Of a stretch of DNA of 49,960 nucleotides, positions 9,748 through 20,079 are shown one piece after another. The DNA comes from Pseudomonas phage Motto, in sequence record ON843697.1. One strand, given 5' to 3'. How positions within the stretch are numbered: position 1 is the first letter of the stretch; each line of letters begins with the position of its first letter. Under the pieces are notes generated by a model. That model saw only the letters and a list, made by a program, of their open reading frames with translations, searched no databases and was not told where the DNA came from. The translations under genes were made by a program, and so were the position numbers.

Positions 9748-10064
9748 AACGGGCGGTTTATCTGTATTACCAGAAGCCGCCCACAGATGAAGAATTACGT
9801 TCTGTTGGCCTGACGCGAGAGGACTATGACGGAGAAGAACCACCAGAAGTTATCTTTGATGAAAGCATGGCTCAATCGTGGGACGTGTTTTGTGCGATGG
9901 GTACGCAATGGCGATCCGCTGGCATGGGCGCTTATGGCCTTGATTATAATGTTTTGCCTATGCTATTCAGAATCTATAAAATAGACGACGAAGAAGCGGC
10001 GTTAAATGACTTGCGAATCATGGAATCAAAAGCACTTGAAATGATGCAAGCAAATAACAAATAG
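9433..10064 (+). CDS. tail assembly chaperone GT fusion (via -1 frameshift at 9738-9744)
   Basis: frame 0 ORF (track 9867..10064) is open back to the slippery site with no stop; conserved G/GT architecture upstream of tape measure. Confidence 0.6.
9738..9744 (+). other. -1 programmed ribosomal frameshift heptamer A AAA AAC (G to GT)
   Basis: X_XXY_YYZ heptamer in G frame; -1 frame stays open from 9744 to 10064. Confidence 0.65.
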
Positions 10065-10088
10065 CCCCTTTTTAGGGGCTTTTTTATT
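10063..10088 (+). terminator. terminator agcccctttttaggggct + TTTTTTATTGGAGGT
   Basis: hairpin begins at the TAG stop of GT; module identical in 3' part to 7081 and 13058. Confidence 0.65.
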
Positions 10089-10099
10089 GGAGGTAATTT

Positions 10100-13036
10100 A
10101 TGGCTGAACAATTCGCCGGATTGACGCTAGGCGTTGATATCAATCAGGTAAATAAAGCCGTTAAATCATTGCAGGAATTCAAGAAAGCAAATGATGATGC
10201 GGCGAGCGGCGTTAAAAACTTTGAAGAAAGCCAGGCCACTGTTGCGCGTCAAACAAAACAAATGGCTGGCAACCTGAAAAAACAGGCCGAAGGGTACGAT
10301 CAGATAAAGGACGCAATTGATCCAACGTCTAAAAAAATGCGTGAGCTTATCAAGATCTCAAAAGACCTTGATAACTTATGGCAGAAGGGCGTTATTCCTG
10401 ACAATGAATTTTTTGAATTAAGCGGAATCTTGGATACTCAGATCACTAAACTTAATCTTTCAAAGAAAGCATTAACGGAAGAAGGCCGCGCAGCACTTGA
10501 GGAATCACGCGCAAAAGAGAGAGCGGCGACGGCTGGAAAAAACTTCCTTGCAGATCTGCAAGCGCAAGCCAATGCTCTTGGGAAAACTAAATCCGAATTG
10601 CTGGAAATGAAAGCGGCTCAATTAGGTGTTACAGCACAGGCCGCGCCATTCATCGCGCAACTGAAAGCGCAAGAGAAACAGTTGAAAATGACTGGCATCA
10701 GCGCGGGGCAATACAACCAGGCGATGCGTATGCTTCCGGCTCAGATCACTGACGTTGTAACTTCTCTCGCTTCCGGTATGCCTGTATGGTTGGTTGCAAT
10801 TCAGCAAGGCGGACAGATTAAGGATTCTTTCGGCGGTATCGGTAATTCACTGCGAGCGCTTAAATCTTTGATTACACCTGCCAGACTTGGGATCGCTGGT
10901 ATGGCTGGCGCGATGGGTGCACTTGTAAAGGCAAGTTGGGACGCTTACGCATCGCAGAGGGATTTAGAGAAGGCGCTTATTCTGACTGGTAACATGGCGG
11001 ATCTGAACGGCGACAAGTTTATTAATATGTCGCGCAGTATCGCAGAGGCTAACATGACAACAGTCGGAACCGCTCAGGAGGCGATACTTTCAATCGTCAA
11101 AACTGGCGAGTTCTCAGCTAACCAGATCCAGAAGGTTGCAAAGTCAACGCAACAGCTTTCATCTTTAACTGGTAAATCGATCGGTGAGGCGGCAGGAGCA
11201 TTTGAACGGCTAGCGGAAGATCCGATTGAAGGTCTGTTAAAACTCAATGATCAGGTTCGTTTCCTTGAGGATGGTCAGTTAACACTAATTGACTCAATCA
11301 GGAAAACAGAAGGAGAGGCGGCGGCGCTCGACAAGGCTTTACAACTTGCGGCGGAAGGGATGCAGAATGCACACGATCAGATGATTGACTCCGCATTACC
11401 GCTACAGAGAATGTGGATGAATATTAAAACGTGGGCTTCCGAGGCGTGGCAAACGGTAGGGATTTACACCAACACGGCTCTACTTGGAACCATTGATACG
11501 GTTAAGAATGTCATTGCGGCTATCAAGAATCTGATCTCACAGGCTGACGCAAGCATTTTCGGCTTTATGGCTGATATGGCTGATCGAGTAAACAAGGTTA
11601 ACGAAAACTTGGGGATCAGTTTCCGCATTGATGAAAATGGAGAATGGAGAAAGGGACAGCAAGAGGCGCTAAAAATTGCCCAGGAAACAGCCGGAGCATA
11701 TGACGGACTCAAAAAAACATGGGGAGAGTATGAAGCGGAGGTTAGAAAAGGCTATGAGGTTCAAAGGAATGAAAGCCTGGCTACTAACGCACAACTCAGA
11801 AAAGAGAAGAAAGCAATCCAGGAGCGCAACAGGGAAGAAAGTAAGAAAACGCCAGCTTATCGAGTTGATGCAGGAACGAAAGCGCAAGAGCAATATCAGC
11901 GTGAAATTCTGGCATTGCAAACAGAGCTTAAAGTTTTGCAGGATCACAAAACTGTAAACGATAAGATCTCAGCGCAACGGAAACAGCTATTCACGATTGA
12001 AGCGCAACACGCGATCTTGATTGAGGCATCCAAAAAACGCCAGCTAACGGAAGATGAAAAATCGTTGCTTGCCAACTATGACAAAACGTATGAGCTTGCA
12101 AAACAGAAAGCCGAATTAGGCGATCAGATTGAAACTCAGAAGCGTTTAAATGCATTGCAGGACAAAGCGACTAAATTCATTCAAGAGCAGGACGCAGCAC
12201 TGAAAGCGCTTGATTCTAAAAAGCAAGGCATGAGCGATCGAGATTTTCAGCGCGAACAGGCAAGACAGAAATTGATTGCTGATTGGTTGTCTCAGGGTGG
12301 ACAGGCTTCCGACGCAAGACTACAGGAGCAGTTAAGCAAACTGAACGAGGTTTATGCTAAACAGGATGAATTAAGCATGAATGCCGTTGCAGGTATGAAA
12401 ACAGCAATGTCTAACTGGTTGGAGTCGGCTACCGAAATGGGCGCTCAGTTTGGTAACGTCATGACGGCGGCGCTTGATGGTGTTAGCGATCAGTTTGTTG
12501 ACCTGTTGAGCACTGGAAAAGCCAGCTTCAAGGATTTTGCAAACTCAATCATTAAGATGATTTTGCAAATCATCACTAAGCTTTCCATTGCTTACGCTAT
12601 TCAGGCGGCTATGGGCTGGATTGGTGGCGGCACTGGTGGAGGGTTTGCCGGAGGGTTCCAGGGTGTAGGCTTTGCGTCTGGCGGCTATACTGGCGACGGG
12701 GGCAAGTATGATCCGGCTGGAGTTGTTCATAAAGGCGAGTTTGTAATGACTAAGGAGGCAACAAAGAGGATCGGAGTTGATAACCTTTACAAAATGATGA
12801 GGGGCTATGCAAACGGCGGTTATGTTGGCGGAGGCTCTCAGTCTGGCGGCGGAATGGTTATGAGCGGTTCAGCGCCTTCTTTGAGCATTGGAAACATTAG
12901 CGTTGACGTGAACAACGGTTCAGATCCGAAAGGGCTTACAAACGGCGTTAAGGCGATTGTAGCGGAAGAACTGAACAAGTGTTTCTCTCAGGGTGGTCGC
13001 GGTTATGAGTTTGTAATGGAGCGCACGAACAAGTAA
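10100..13036 (+). CDS. tail tape measure protein
   Basis: 978 aa, long alpha-helical/coiled-coil with Gly-rich C-terminal region, downstream of G/GT. Confidence 0.85.
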   Translation: MAEQFAGLTLGVDINQVNKAVKSLQEFKKANDDAASGVKNFEESQATVARQTKQMAGNLKKQAEGYDQIKDAIDPTSKKMRELIKISKDLDNLWQKGVIPDNEFFELSGILDTQITKLNLSKKALTEEGRAALEESRAKERAATAGKNFLADLQAQANALGKTKSELLEMKAAQLGVTAQAAPFIAQLKAQEKQLKMTGISAGQYNQAMRMLPAQITDVVTSLASGMPVWLVAIQQGGQIKDSFGGIGNSLRALKSLITPARLGIAGMAGAMGALVKASWDAYASQRDLEKALILTGNMADLNGDKFINMSRSIAEANMTTVGTAQEAILSIVKTGEFSANQIQKVAKSTQQLSSLTGKSIGEAAGAFERLAEDPIEGLLKLNDQVRFLEDGQLTLIDSIRKTEGEAAALDKALQLAAEGMQNAHDQMIDSALPLQRMWMNIKTWASEAWQTVGIYTNTALLGTIDTVKNVIAAIKNLISQADASIFGFMADMADRVNKVNENLGISFRIDENGEWRKGQQEALKIAQETAGAYDGLKKTWGEYEAEVRKGYEVQRNESLATNAQLRKEKKAIQERNREESKKTPAYRVDAGTKAQEQYQREILALQTELKVLQDHKTVNDKISAQRKQLFTIEAQHAILIEASKKRQLTEDEKSLLANYDKTYELAKQKAELGDQIETQKRLNALQDKATKFIQEQDAALKALDSKKQGMSDRDFQREQARQKLIADWLSQGGQASDARLQEQLSKLNEVYAKQDELSMNAVAGMKTAMSNWLESATEMGAQFGNVMTAALDGVSDQFVDLLSTGKASFKDFANSIIKMILQIITKLSIAYAIQAAMGWIGGGTGGGFAGGFQGVGFASGGYTGDGGKYDPAGVVHKGEFVMTKEATKRIGVDNLYKMMRGYANGGYVGGGSQSGGGMVMSGSAPSLSIGNISVDVNNGSDPKGLTNGVKAIVAEELNKCFSQGGRGYEFVMERTNK

Positions 13037-13041
13037 TATAA

Positions 13042-13064
13042 GCCCCAGCAATGGGGCTTTTTTA
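13042..13064 (+). terminator. terminator gccccagcaatggggc + TTTTTTATTGGAGGT
   Basis: seen directly. Confidence 0.65.
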
Positions 13065-13076
13065 TTGGAGGTTAAA

Positions 13077-13448
13077 ATGATCGAAACTTTCAAATGGTGT
13101 ACGCAGTTGCAATCAAGCGGCGGCGGAATGACAACTGAAAATGATATTAGATCCGTGTCTTTCGGATCTGGTTATGAACAGGTTGCAAGTTCTGGTTTTA
13201 ATTCGACGCGGCGGGAATTTGCGATCGTGTATGCCGGATTAGATTATCTTGATGTGTATAAGTTTTTAAACGCACATTTAACAGATCCTTTTATTTGGCA
13301 AACAACGCAAGGTGATTTGGGTTTGTTTATTGTGAAACAGAATTCGGTTACAATGACGCCTATTAGTTCAACCGTTCAGGAAGTGAAAGCAACTTTCAGA
13401 GAACAGTTTACTTCCGCAGGTGTTCCACCAATTACGCGAGGTTTATAA
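13077..13448 (+). CDS. minor tail protein (lambda gpM-like)
   Basis: ATG 13077 after GGAGG; track start 13065 is TTG; first of M-L-K-I-J tail-tip cluster. Confidence 0.55.
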   Translation: MIETFKWCTQLQSSGGGMTTENDIRSVSFGSGYEQVASSGFNSTRREFAIVYAGLDYLDVYKFLNAHLTDPFIWQTTQGDLGLFIVKQNSVTMTPISSTVQEVKATFREQFTSAGVPPITRGL

Positions 13449-13449
13449 A

Positions 13450-14190
13450 ATGGCTTCATTCGAAAACTGTCTACAAAGCCTTTATCCTGGCGAAATCATC
13501 ACGCTAATCGAAGTTGATGCAACTCGTTTCGGCGGTCAAATTTACCGGATGCATTCGGAGAATATCAAATACACGCCGGAGGAATTGCTAGAGGCTCAGG
13601 CCACAGGAGTGTTACCGCCGAAAGATATTATTTTCCGTGGTAATGTTTTTGGCGCTCGTCCTTTTGGTATTTCTGGAATCGGATTCACTGGCAACGGTAA
13701 AGCAGAAAAACCAAAACTAACGCTATCGAATCTGGATAGCAGAATCAGCGCAATGATCAGATCATATAATGGGATGATGCAAGCAAAGGTTACGATCTGG
13801 ATTACGGCGGCTGAATTAATGGACAACGAAGGAAACGTTGAAGATGGCGCATACAGAAAGCTGATCTATTATGTCGAGCGCCCAAGCCTGGTTAATAAGA
13901 CCGTCGCAGAGTTTGAGCTTACAAGCCCTTACGATATGGATGGAATTATGATCCCAGCGCGGATTACTCAGAGCGTTTGTTATTGGGCGCAAAGGAATTG
14001 GTATAGAAGCGGGAAGGGTTGCGGGTACAACGGAAACCGCATGTTCGACAAAGACAATAAGCCAGTATCCGATCCGTCACTGGATTATTGCGCCGGAACA
14101 GTTACGGCTTGTAAGTTGCGTTTCGGTGAAAACAATCCGTTGGATTTTGGCGGCGCGGCTGTTGCAAGCCTTGTAAGGAGAAATCAATAA
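13450..14190 (+). CDS. minor tail protein (lambda gpL-like)
   Basis: ATG 13450 with RBS gagg; C-terminal Cys cluster (C..C...C..C) as in gpL Fe-S region; track start 13420 is GTG. Confidence 0.65.
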   Translation: MASFENCLQSLYPGEIITLIEVDATRFGGQIYRMHSENIKYTPEELLEAQATGVLPPKDIIFRGNVFGARPFGISGIGFTGNGKAEKPKLTLSNLDSRISAMIRSYNGMMQAKVTIWITAAELMDNEGNVEDGAYRKLIYYVERPSLVNKTVAEFELTSPYDMDGIMIPARITQSVCYWAQRNWYRSGKGCGYNGNRMFDKDNKPVSDPSLDYCAGTVTACKLRFGENNPLDFGGAAVASLVRRNQ

Positions 14191-14924
14191 TGTTACAGGC
14201 AAAGATAAAACTTGAAATTATGCGTCACACTCAGGAGGGTTTCCCTCTTGAGATTTGCGGAGTGGTAACGCAGAAGTCACGCGTTCAAAAATATCACAGG
14301 ATTACTAACGTGCATCCAGATCCAGAAAATCACTTTGAAATGGATGCATCAGAATACGCACAGGCGCTTGATAGCGGCGAGTTAATTGCGGTGGTACATT
14401 CACACCCTGGCGACGGTTGCACCACGTTACCGAGCGTGGCAGACAGCGCACAGTGTAATGAAATGGGTGTTGCATGGGTTATCACTTCCTGGCCGGAGGG
14501 TGATTTGAGAATTGTTCAACCGGAGCGCTTGCCTATGATTGGTCGCCCCTGGTCGCTGGGTTATCAAGATTGCTGGTCTTTGATAATGGCATTCCATAAG
14601 GAATATGGCATCGAGCTAAACAATTACTCAGTACCCCGCGAATGGTGGAAAGATGGAAGCGAGAGAATTTATGATGATAATTGGCAGCGTGAAGGTTTTG
14701 TTGAAATCAACCGCGATCCTATTTACGGTGACATGTGCATGTTTCAATTGCAAGCGCCAGTTACTAACCACGCCGGAATCTATTTAGGCAATAACGAGCT
14801 ATTGCACCACATGAGCGGCAAGTTATCGCGCAAGGATATTTTTTCCGGTTGGTATCAGGATCACATTGTTCGCATTGTTAGGCATAAAGATTTGCCGGAG
14901 GATTTGAAATGTCTGGACTTGTAA
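14190..14924 (+). CDS. tail tip assembly protein K-like (MPN/JAB + NlpC/P60 domains)
   Basis: HSHP motif (VVHSHPGDG) of JAB/MPN and C-terminal Cys/His NlpC-like region; RBS aaggag. Confidence 0.7.
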   Translation: MLQAKIKLEIMRHTQEGFPLEICGVVTQKSRVQKYHRITNVHPDPENHFEMDASEYAQALDSGELIAVVHSHPGDGCTTLPSVADSAQCNEMGVAWVITSWPEGDLRIVQPERLPMIGRPWSLGYQDCWSLIMAFHKEYGIELNNYSVPREWWKDGSERIYDDNWQREGFVEINRDPIYGDMCMFQLQAPVTNHAGIYLGNNELLHHMSGKLSRKDIFSGWYQDHIVRIVRHKDLPEDLKCLDL

Positions 14925-15508
14925 AGATAAAACTTTCTGGGTCTCTTGGGCGTCGATTTGGCGTGTTTCATGAAATGGCTGTTGCTTCATGGCCTGAATG
15001 CATTAGAGCTATGTCAAGCCAGGTTGAAGGATTTAAGGCATTCTTTCAAAGCGAAGTTGGATCGAGAATGAAGTACGCTATATTCTGCGACGGAAAAAAT
15101 ATTTCAATAAACGATGATGAATCATGGAAGGCCGCTAAAGAGATCCGAATTATCCCTATTCCAACTGGTTCAAAATCTGGCGGATTGTTTCAGATCGTAT
15201 TAGGCGCTGTCATAATGGTTGCGGCGTTCTATACTGGCGGCGCATCGCTTGCGGCAATGGGCGCTCTATCATCTTCCGCGTTTATGATGGGCGGCGCTAT
15301 GGTTTTGGGTGGTGTAATGCAGATGATTAGCCCACAGGCTGGAGGTGCTAAGATGCAAGCCGGATCAGCAGAGAATAAACCCTCTTATGCTTTTGGCGGC
15401 GCGGTAAATACCACTGCGGCAGGTTATCCGGTTCCGTTGCCATATGGTGATCGTACCGTTGGCGGCGCTATATTCAGCGCAGGGAGTTACGCGGAAGATA
15501 AAATTTAA
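14909..15508 (+). CDS. tail assembly protein I-like
   Basis: 199 aa, ubiquitin-like N-terminus and Gly/Ala-rich hydrophobic C-terminus, overlaps K gene end. Confidence 0.65.
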   Translation: MSGLVKIKLSGSLGRRFGVFHEMAVASWPECIRAMSSQVEGFKAFFQSEVGSRMKYAIFCDGKNISINDDESWKAAKEIRIIPIPTGSKSGGLFQIVLGAVIMVAAFYTGGASLAAMGALSSSAFMMGGAMVLGGVMQMISPQAGGAKMQAGSAENKPSYAFGGAVNTTAAGYPVPLPYGDRTVGGAIFSAGSYAEDKI

Positions 15509-15516
15509 AACATCAT

Positions 15517-15542
15517 GCCCCGTCTATGCGGGGCTTTTTTTT
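15517..15542 (+). terminator. terminator gccccgtctatgcggggc + 8 T between I-like and J-like genes
   Basis: perfect 6-bp GC stem and long T-run. Confidence 0.7.
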
Positions 15543-15581
15543 AACGTTATACTATGCGCTGTAAACAACGGAGGAATAAAC

Positions 15582-18500
15582 ATGATTAATAATTTACCCG
15601 TTCCAATCGGTGCGAAAGGTGGTTCAAGTAAGCCCAAAACACCTACAGAAATGGAAGATAACCTGATCTCTATAAATAAGATCAGGGTTTTGCTTGCTGT
15701 TTCTGACGGTGAAGTAGATCCAGAGTTCACATTAAGAAACTTATATCTTGATGATGTTCCTGTTCAGAATGCTGATAACACAATGAACTATCCAGGGGTG
15801 AAGGCCGAATTTAGACCCGGGACACAATACCAGGAGCATATAAAGGGATTCTCTGATACTGCCAGCGAAATAACTCTTGCGCGTACAATAACAACTACAG
15901 CGCCTTATGTTATCGCCGTAACTAATAAAACTCTTGATGCCATAAGGATTAAAATCTTAATGCCTAGAGGCGTAAGAGTTGAAGATGATGGCGATCAGGT
16001 TGGTGTACGCGTTGAGTATGCTGTTGACATTGCTGTTGATGGCGGAGCTTATTCCGTATACATGACCGATGTTATTGACGGTAAAACAACAAGCGGTTAC
16101 GACAGAAGCCGCCGCATTGATTTACCGAATTTCAATACGCAAGTTTTATTGCGAATTCGTCGAATAACAGCAGATAGTCAATCAAGCAATGTTGTTGACG
16201 CTATTCAATTGCAAAGTTATGCCGAAGTTGTAGATGCGAAATTCCGTTATCCTCTGACTGGTCTCGTTTACGTGGAATTTGATTCCGAATTATTCCCGAA
16301 TCAGATCCCTAACATTTCCATCAAGAAGAAATGGAAGTTGATAAACGTCCCAACCAATTACGATCCTATTGCAAGAACGTATTCGGGAACATGGAACGGA
16401 TTATGGAAAAAAGCATGGTCTAATAATCCGGCTTTCGTCCTGTATGATTTGATTACCAATCAGCGTTACGGACTCGATCAGCGTGAATTAGGCATCGAGC
16501 TTGACAAATGGAGCATTTACGAATGTGCGCAATACTGCGATCAGATGGTTCCTAATGGGAGAGGCGGAACAGAGCCGCGATATCTTTGTGACGTTGTGAT
16601 TCAGTCTCAGGTTGAAGCGTATCAGCTTATTCGTGATATTTGTTCAATCTTCCGTGGAATGAGTTTCTGGAACGGTGAAAGCCTTTCTATTGTGATCGAT
16701 AAGCCGCGCCAGCCGTCTTACATTTTCAGCAATGAAAACGTGATCGGCGGCGAATTCACTTATACGTTTGCAAGTGAAAAGAGCATGTACACGCAATGCA
16801 ACGTTACTTTCGACGATGCGCAAAACTTTTATGCTCAGGACATTGAAGGCGTTTTTGATCCAGAAATGACTCTGCGATTTGGTCACAATCCAACAGCAAT
16901 TACAGCTATTGGATGCACACGCCGCAGCGAGGCTAACCGCCGAGGCCGCTGGATTCTGAAAACCAACGTTCGAAGCACTACAGTAAACTTTGCTACTGGC
17001 CTTGAGGGTATGATCCCAACCATCGGCGATGTGATCATCGTTGCGGATAACTTCTGGAGCAGCGCCTTGACTATGAATCTTTCTGGTCGCTTGATGGAGG
17101 TTAGCGGGTTACAGGTGTTCTTACCGTTTAAGGTTGACGCAAGGCCTGGCGATCGCATTATCGTGAACAAGCCGGACGGCGCACCAGTAGGTCGCACAAT
17201 TGCCAGCGTAACGCCTGATGGCAAGACAATAACCGTTAATACAGGGTTTGGGTTTGACGTTCTGCCAGATGCAATCTTTGCCATTGAGCGCACAGATTTA
17301 GCGCAGCAGCAATATGTTGTTACTGAAATCAAGCGCGGAGACGGCGAAGAAGAATTTACGTACAGCATTACGGCGGTAGAGTACGATCCGAACAAATACG
17401 ATGAAATTGATTACGGCGTCAACATTGACGATAGACCGACTTCAATCGTGCCACCTGATATCTTGCCAGCGCCTAAGAACGTTAACGTGTCGAGCTATAG
17501 CCGAATTGTTCAGGGGATGAGCGTTGAAACAATGCGCGTAACCTGGGATAAAGTAGAGTACGCAACGTTATACGAAATGCAATGGCGTAAGGATAATGGA
17601 AACTGGAACAACACGCCGCGCACAGCGAGCAATGAAACGGAAGTGGAAGGCATTTACGCCGGAAACTATCACGTGAGAGTTCGTTCTGTTGCGTCGAATG
17701 GTTCAAGTTCTGGATGGTCTGCGATCGTAAGTGTTCACCTTTCCGGCAAGGTTGGCGAGCCTAACGCACCGATTAACATGACTGCCACGGACAACGAAGT
17801 TTTCGGTATTCGCGTTAAGTGGGGTATGCCAGACGGTTCCGGCGATACTGCATACATTGAATTGCACCAGGCACCGAACGGATCGGACGGACACCCGATA
17901 GAAGATGCGGCAAGTTTGCTTTCTCTCATTCCATATCCACAGAATGAGTATTGGCACAGCATTTTGCCAGCAGGACAAGTGATCTGGTACAAGGCGCGGG
18001 CAATTGACAGGATCGGCAACGTTTCAGCCTGGACGCCATTTGTGCGCGGTATGTCTTCCGACGATACCAGTATCATCACGGATCACATTAAGATAGATAT
18101 TGAGAATTCGGAGGGTTATCAATATCTTAAAGAAAACGCAGTAAACACAACTAACAAGGCACATGCAGCAGCAGAGGCCACGATCGAGAATGCGTTGGCT
18201 AACGATAAAGACGTTCGAGTTCAGCGAGTGAAGAACGGAAAATTCACGGCGCAGATCAAAGAGTCTTTACAGCTTATCGCAAACGAGACGGAAGCGCGTG
18301 TTACTCAGGTATCACAACTTGAAGCTGATTTTGACGGCAAAATTACCGCCCAAAATAGCGAACTGAGAGAGGTAATTGCAACTGGTGACGAAGCATTAAG
18401 CCGATCTATTGAAGACCTTAGAGCTGAGATAGGAGACGATATTCAGGGGCAATTAACGGAGGTTAAGGAAGCGATAGTTACGGAAACGGAAGCACGTGTT

Positions 18501-19028
18501 ACGGCTGATACTTCTTTATCGACAAGGATCGGAGATACAGAGGCGGCGTTAAACGAAAAACTTGATTCGTGGATTGATGCTGAAGGCGCTGGTGTGATGT
18601 ACGGCGTAAACCTGGGCTTGAAGTACAACGGGCAGGAATACAGCGCTGGGATGGCGTTGTCACTCGTCGGGTCTGGTTCTGGCGTTAAGTCTCAAATGCT
18701 TTTCTCCGCTGATCGGTTTGCGATTATCAGCAACGCACAGACGGGAGCATTCACACTTCCGTTTGTCGTCGAGAATAACCAGGTGTTTATAAATAGCGCA
18801 TTCATCAAGGACGGCACGATCACAAACGCAAAAATCGGTGGCGACATTCGTTCTAACAACTACGTTCAAAACGTTGCAGGATGGAGGTTAGATAAAGGTG
18901 GGACGTTCGAAAATTACGGCTCAACAGCAGGGGAGGGTTCCATGAAGCAAACCAACCAGACGATAAGCGTTAGGGATCAGAATGGTGTGCTAAGGGTTCA
19001 AATTGGTAGAATAACAGGAGTGTGGTAA
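15582..19028 (+). CDS. host specificity protein J-like (central tail fibre / tip protein)
   Basis: 1148 aa; ATG 15582 with RBS ggagg; two fibronectin-III-like segments around 17460-18060, coiled-coil, conserved C-terminal FAIISNAQTG...FINSAFIKDGTITNAKIG region; track start 15444 lies in previous gene. Confidence 0.85.
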   Translation: MINNLPVPIGAKGGSSKPKTPTEMEDNLISINKIRVLLAVSDGEVDPEFTLRNLYLDDVPVQNADNTMNYPGVKAEFRPGTQYQEHIKGFSDTASEITLARTITTTAPYVIAVTNKTLDAIRIKILMPRGVRVEDDGDQVGVRVEYAVDIAVDGGAYSVYMTDVIDGKTTSGYDRSRRIDLPNFNTQVLLRIRRITADSQSSNVVDAIQLQSYAEVVDAKFRYPLTGLVYVEFDSELFPNQIPNISIKKKWKLINVPTNYDPIARTYSGTWNGLWKKAWSNNPAFVLYDLITNQRYGLDQRELGIELDKWSIYECAQYCDQMVPNGRGGTEPRYLCDVVIQSQVEAYQLIRDICSIFRGMSFWNGESLSIVIDKPRQPSYIFSNENVIGGEFTYTFASEKSMYTQCNVTFDDAQNFYAQDIEGVFDPEMTLRFGHNPTAITAIGCTRRSEANRRGRWILKTNVRSTTVNFATGLEGMIPTIGDVIIVADNFWSSALTMNLSGRLMEVSGLQVFLPFKVDARPGDRIIVNKPDGAPVGRTIASVTPDGKTITVNTGFGFDVLPDAIFAIERTDLAQQQYVVTEIKRGDGEEEFTYSITAVEYDPNKYDEIDYGVNIDDRPTSIVPPDILPAPKNVNVSSYSRIVQGMSVETMRVTWDKVEYATLYEMQWRKDNGNWNNTPRTASNETEVEGIYAGNYHVRVRSVASNGSSSGWSAIVSVHLSGKVGEPNAPINMTATDNEVFGIRVKWGMPDGSGDTAYIELHQAPNGSDGHPIEDAASLLSLIPYPQNEYWHSILPAGQVIWYKARAIDRIGNVSAWTPFVRGMSSDDTSIITDHIKIDIENSEGYQYLKENAVNTTNKAHAAAEATIENALANDKDVRVQRVKNGKFTAQIKESLQLIANETEARVTQVSQLEADFDGKITAQNSELREVIATGDEALSRSIEDLRAEIGDDIQGQLTEVKEAIVTETEARVTADTSLSTRIGDTEAALNEKLDSWIDAEGAGVMYGVNLGLKYNGQEYSAGMALSLVGSGSGVKSQMLFSADRFAIISNAQTGAFTLPFVVENNQVFINSAFIKDGTITNAKIGGDIRSNNYVQNVAGWRLDKGGTFENYGSTAGEGSMKQTNQTISVRDQNGVLRVQIGRITGVW

Positions 19029-19032
19029 CATT

Positions 19033-19050
19033 GCGGGGGTAAAACCCCGC
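19033..19050 (+). other. GC hairpin gcgggggtaaaaccccgc without T-run between J and next gene
   Basis: seen directly; possible RNA stability/attenuation element. Confidence 0.3.
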
Positions 19051-19072
19051 ATTCAATTAAGGAGTTCAAAAC

Positions 19073-19381
19073 ATGGCTTATGGTATTGGAACATGGAACG
19101 CAAACGGCGTTTACAATAACTATGGAATTAAACCAGTATCGGTTATTACAAACATACCACTTGCAAACGGTCAAGTTTCTGGACAATGGAATTTTGATGT
19201 TCCGGCAGGTAAAAAACTTGGGTTTGTCGTTTCTCTTTATGTTGGAGGGACTCAGGTAGGAAGAAGAATTTATGTTTCTGGAAACTCATTAATAGTTACT
19301 TCCGCGCCATCCTCATCTGTTGGGGCTGGTTATTATGCGGCTTCACAGTGTGAAGTTGTGGTTTATCTGGAGAATGCATAA
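19073..19381 (+). CDS. hypothetical tail-tip associated protein
   Basis: 102 aa, RBS aaggag, immediately downstream of J. Confidence 0.45.
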   Translation: MAYGIGTWNANGVYNNYGIKPVSVITNIPLANGQVSGQWNFDVPAGKKLGFVVSLYVGGTQVGRRIYVSGNSLIVTSAPSSSVGAGYYAASQCEVVVYLENA

Positions 19382-20055
19382 TGGCTAATTACGGAGCAAT
19401 GATTGATTATAACGGACAGACGTTTGTCACTCCGCAATCAACGCCTTTTATTCTATATTCAAAAACAACGGCTGTCGCAACATGGAGCACTGGCGATAGA
19501 TGGACGGCTACATCTTCAATCTCAATACCTTCTTCATATCCTGCAATTGGATTTATGAAGGCCAATTATCACGCTGCTTTATCTTGTGGTAGAAGTGGGA
19601 ATAGTGTTGTTTTTAGCGGTACGGCTCAAGGCGGCAACGTTCCACAATTCACGATCACATGCTATTTATTTGCAAGATTTCCTCAACCGTTGCCTAAGTG
19701 GGGGGTTGCTATTTGGGACGCTAGCGGGACGTGTATATTGACGAATGAGAGTAGACCGCTCTCAGATCTTATAACCATTGGAACGCCAGGAGCCAACGGA
19801 GGGATAAATATAGATCAAACGCTATCTGGATCATTTGCCGTAATGCCTTGCTTGATGGGTGCGACATTATTTCAGGTTCAGATACCAGGACAGCAGCCTG
19901 TTGTTGTTCCGGTATCAGGTTATACGGCGGCGTCATTTAATGGATCTACAACAAGGATAAACGCAGCATCAGATCAGTCAGGTGGCGGCTCTCCTGTTGG
20001 GCATTTGAATACAGGAGTTGCAATAACAGCAATAAATACGGCGTCATACGATTAA
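19381..20055 (+). CDS. hypothetical tail-tip associated protein (Gly/Ser/Thr-rich)
   Basis: 224 aa, ATGA-type coupling with previous gene; last gene of structural block. Confidence 0.45.
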   Translation: MANYGAMIDYNGQTFVTPQSTPFILYSKTTAVATWSTGDRWTATSSISIPSSYPAIGFMKANYHAALSCGRSGNSVVFSGTAQGGNVPQFTITCYLFARFPQPLPKWGVAIWDASGTCILTNESRPLSDLITIGTPGANGGINIDQTLSGSFAVMPCLMGATLFQVQIPGQQPVVVPVSGYTAASFNGSTTRINAASDQSGGGSPVGHLNTGVAITAINTASYD

Positions 20056-20078
20056 GGGGGCTTTCGCCCCCCTTCCGC
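20056..20078. terminator. convergent-gene hairpin gggggctttcgcccccc
   Basis: GC hairpin between + and - genes, weak U-tracts. Confidence 0.4.
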
Positions 20079-20079
20079 A

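Noticed and set aside
9867-10064. Independent 65-aa gene (track ORF)
   Set aside because: The frame is open back to the A_AAA_AAC slippery site with no RBS of its own. It is better explained as the T part of the G/GT frameshift.
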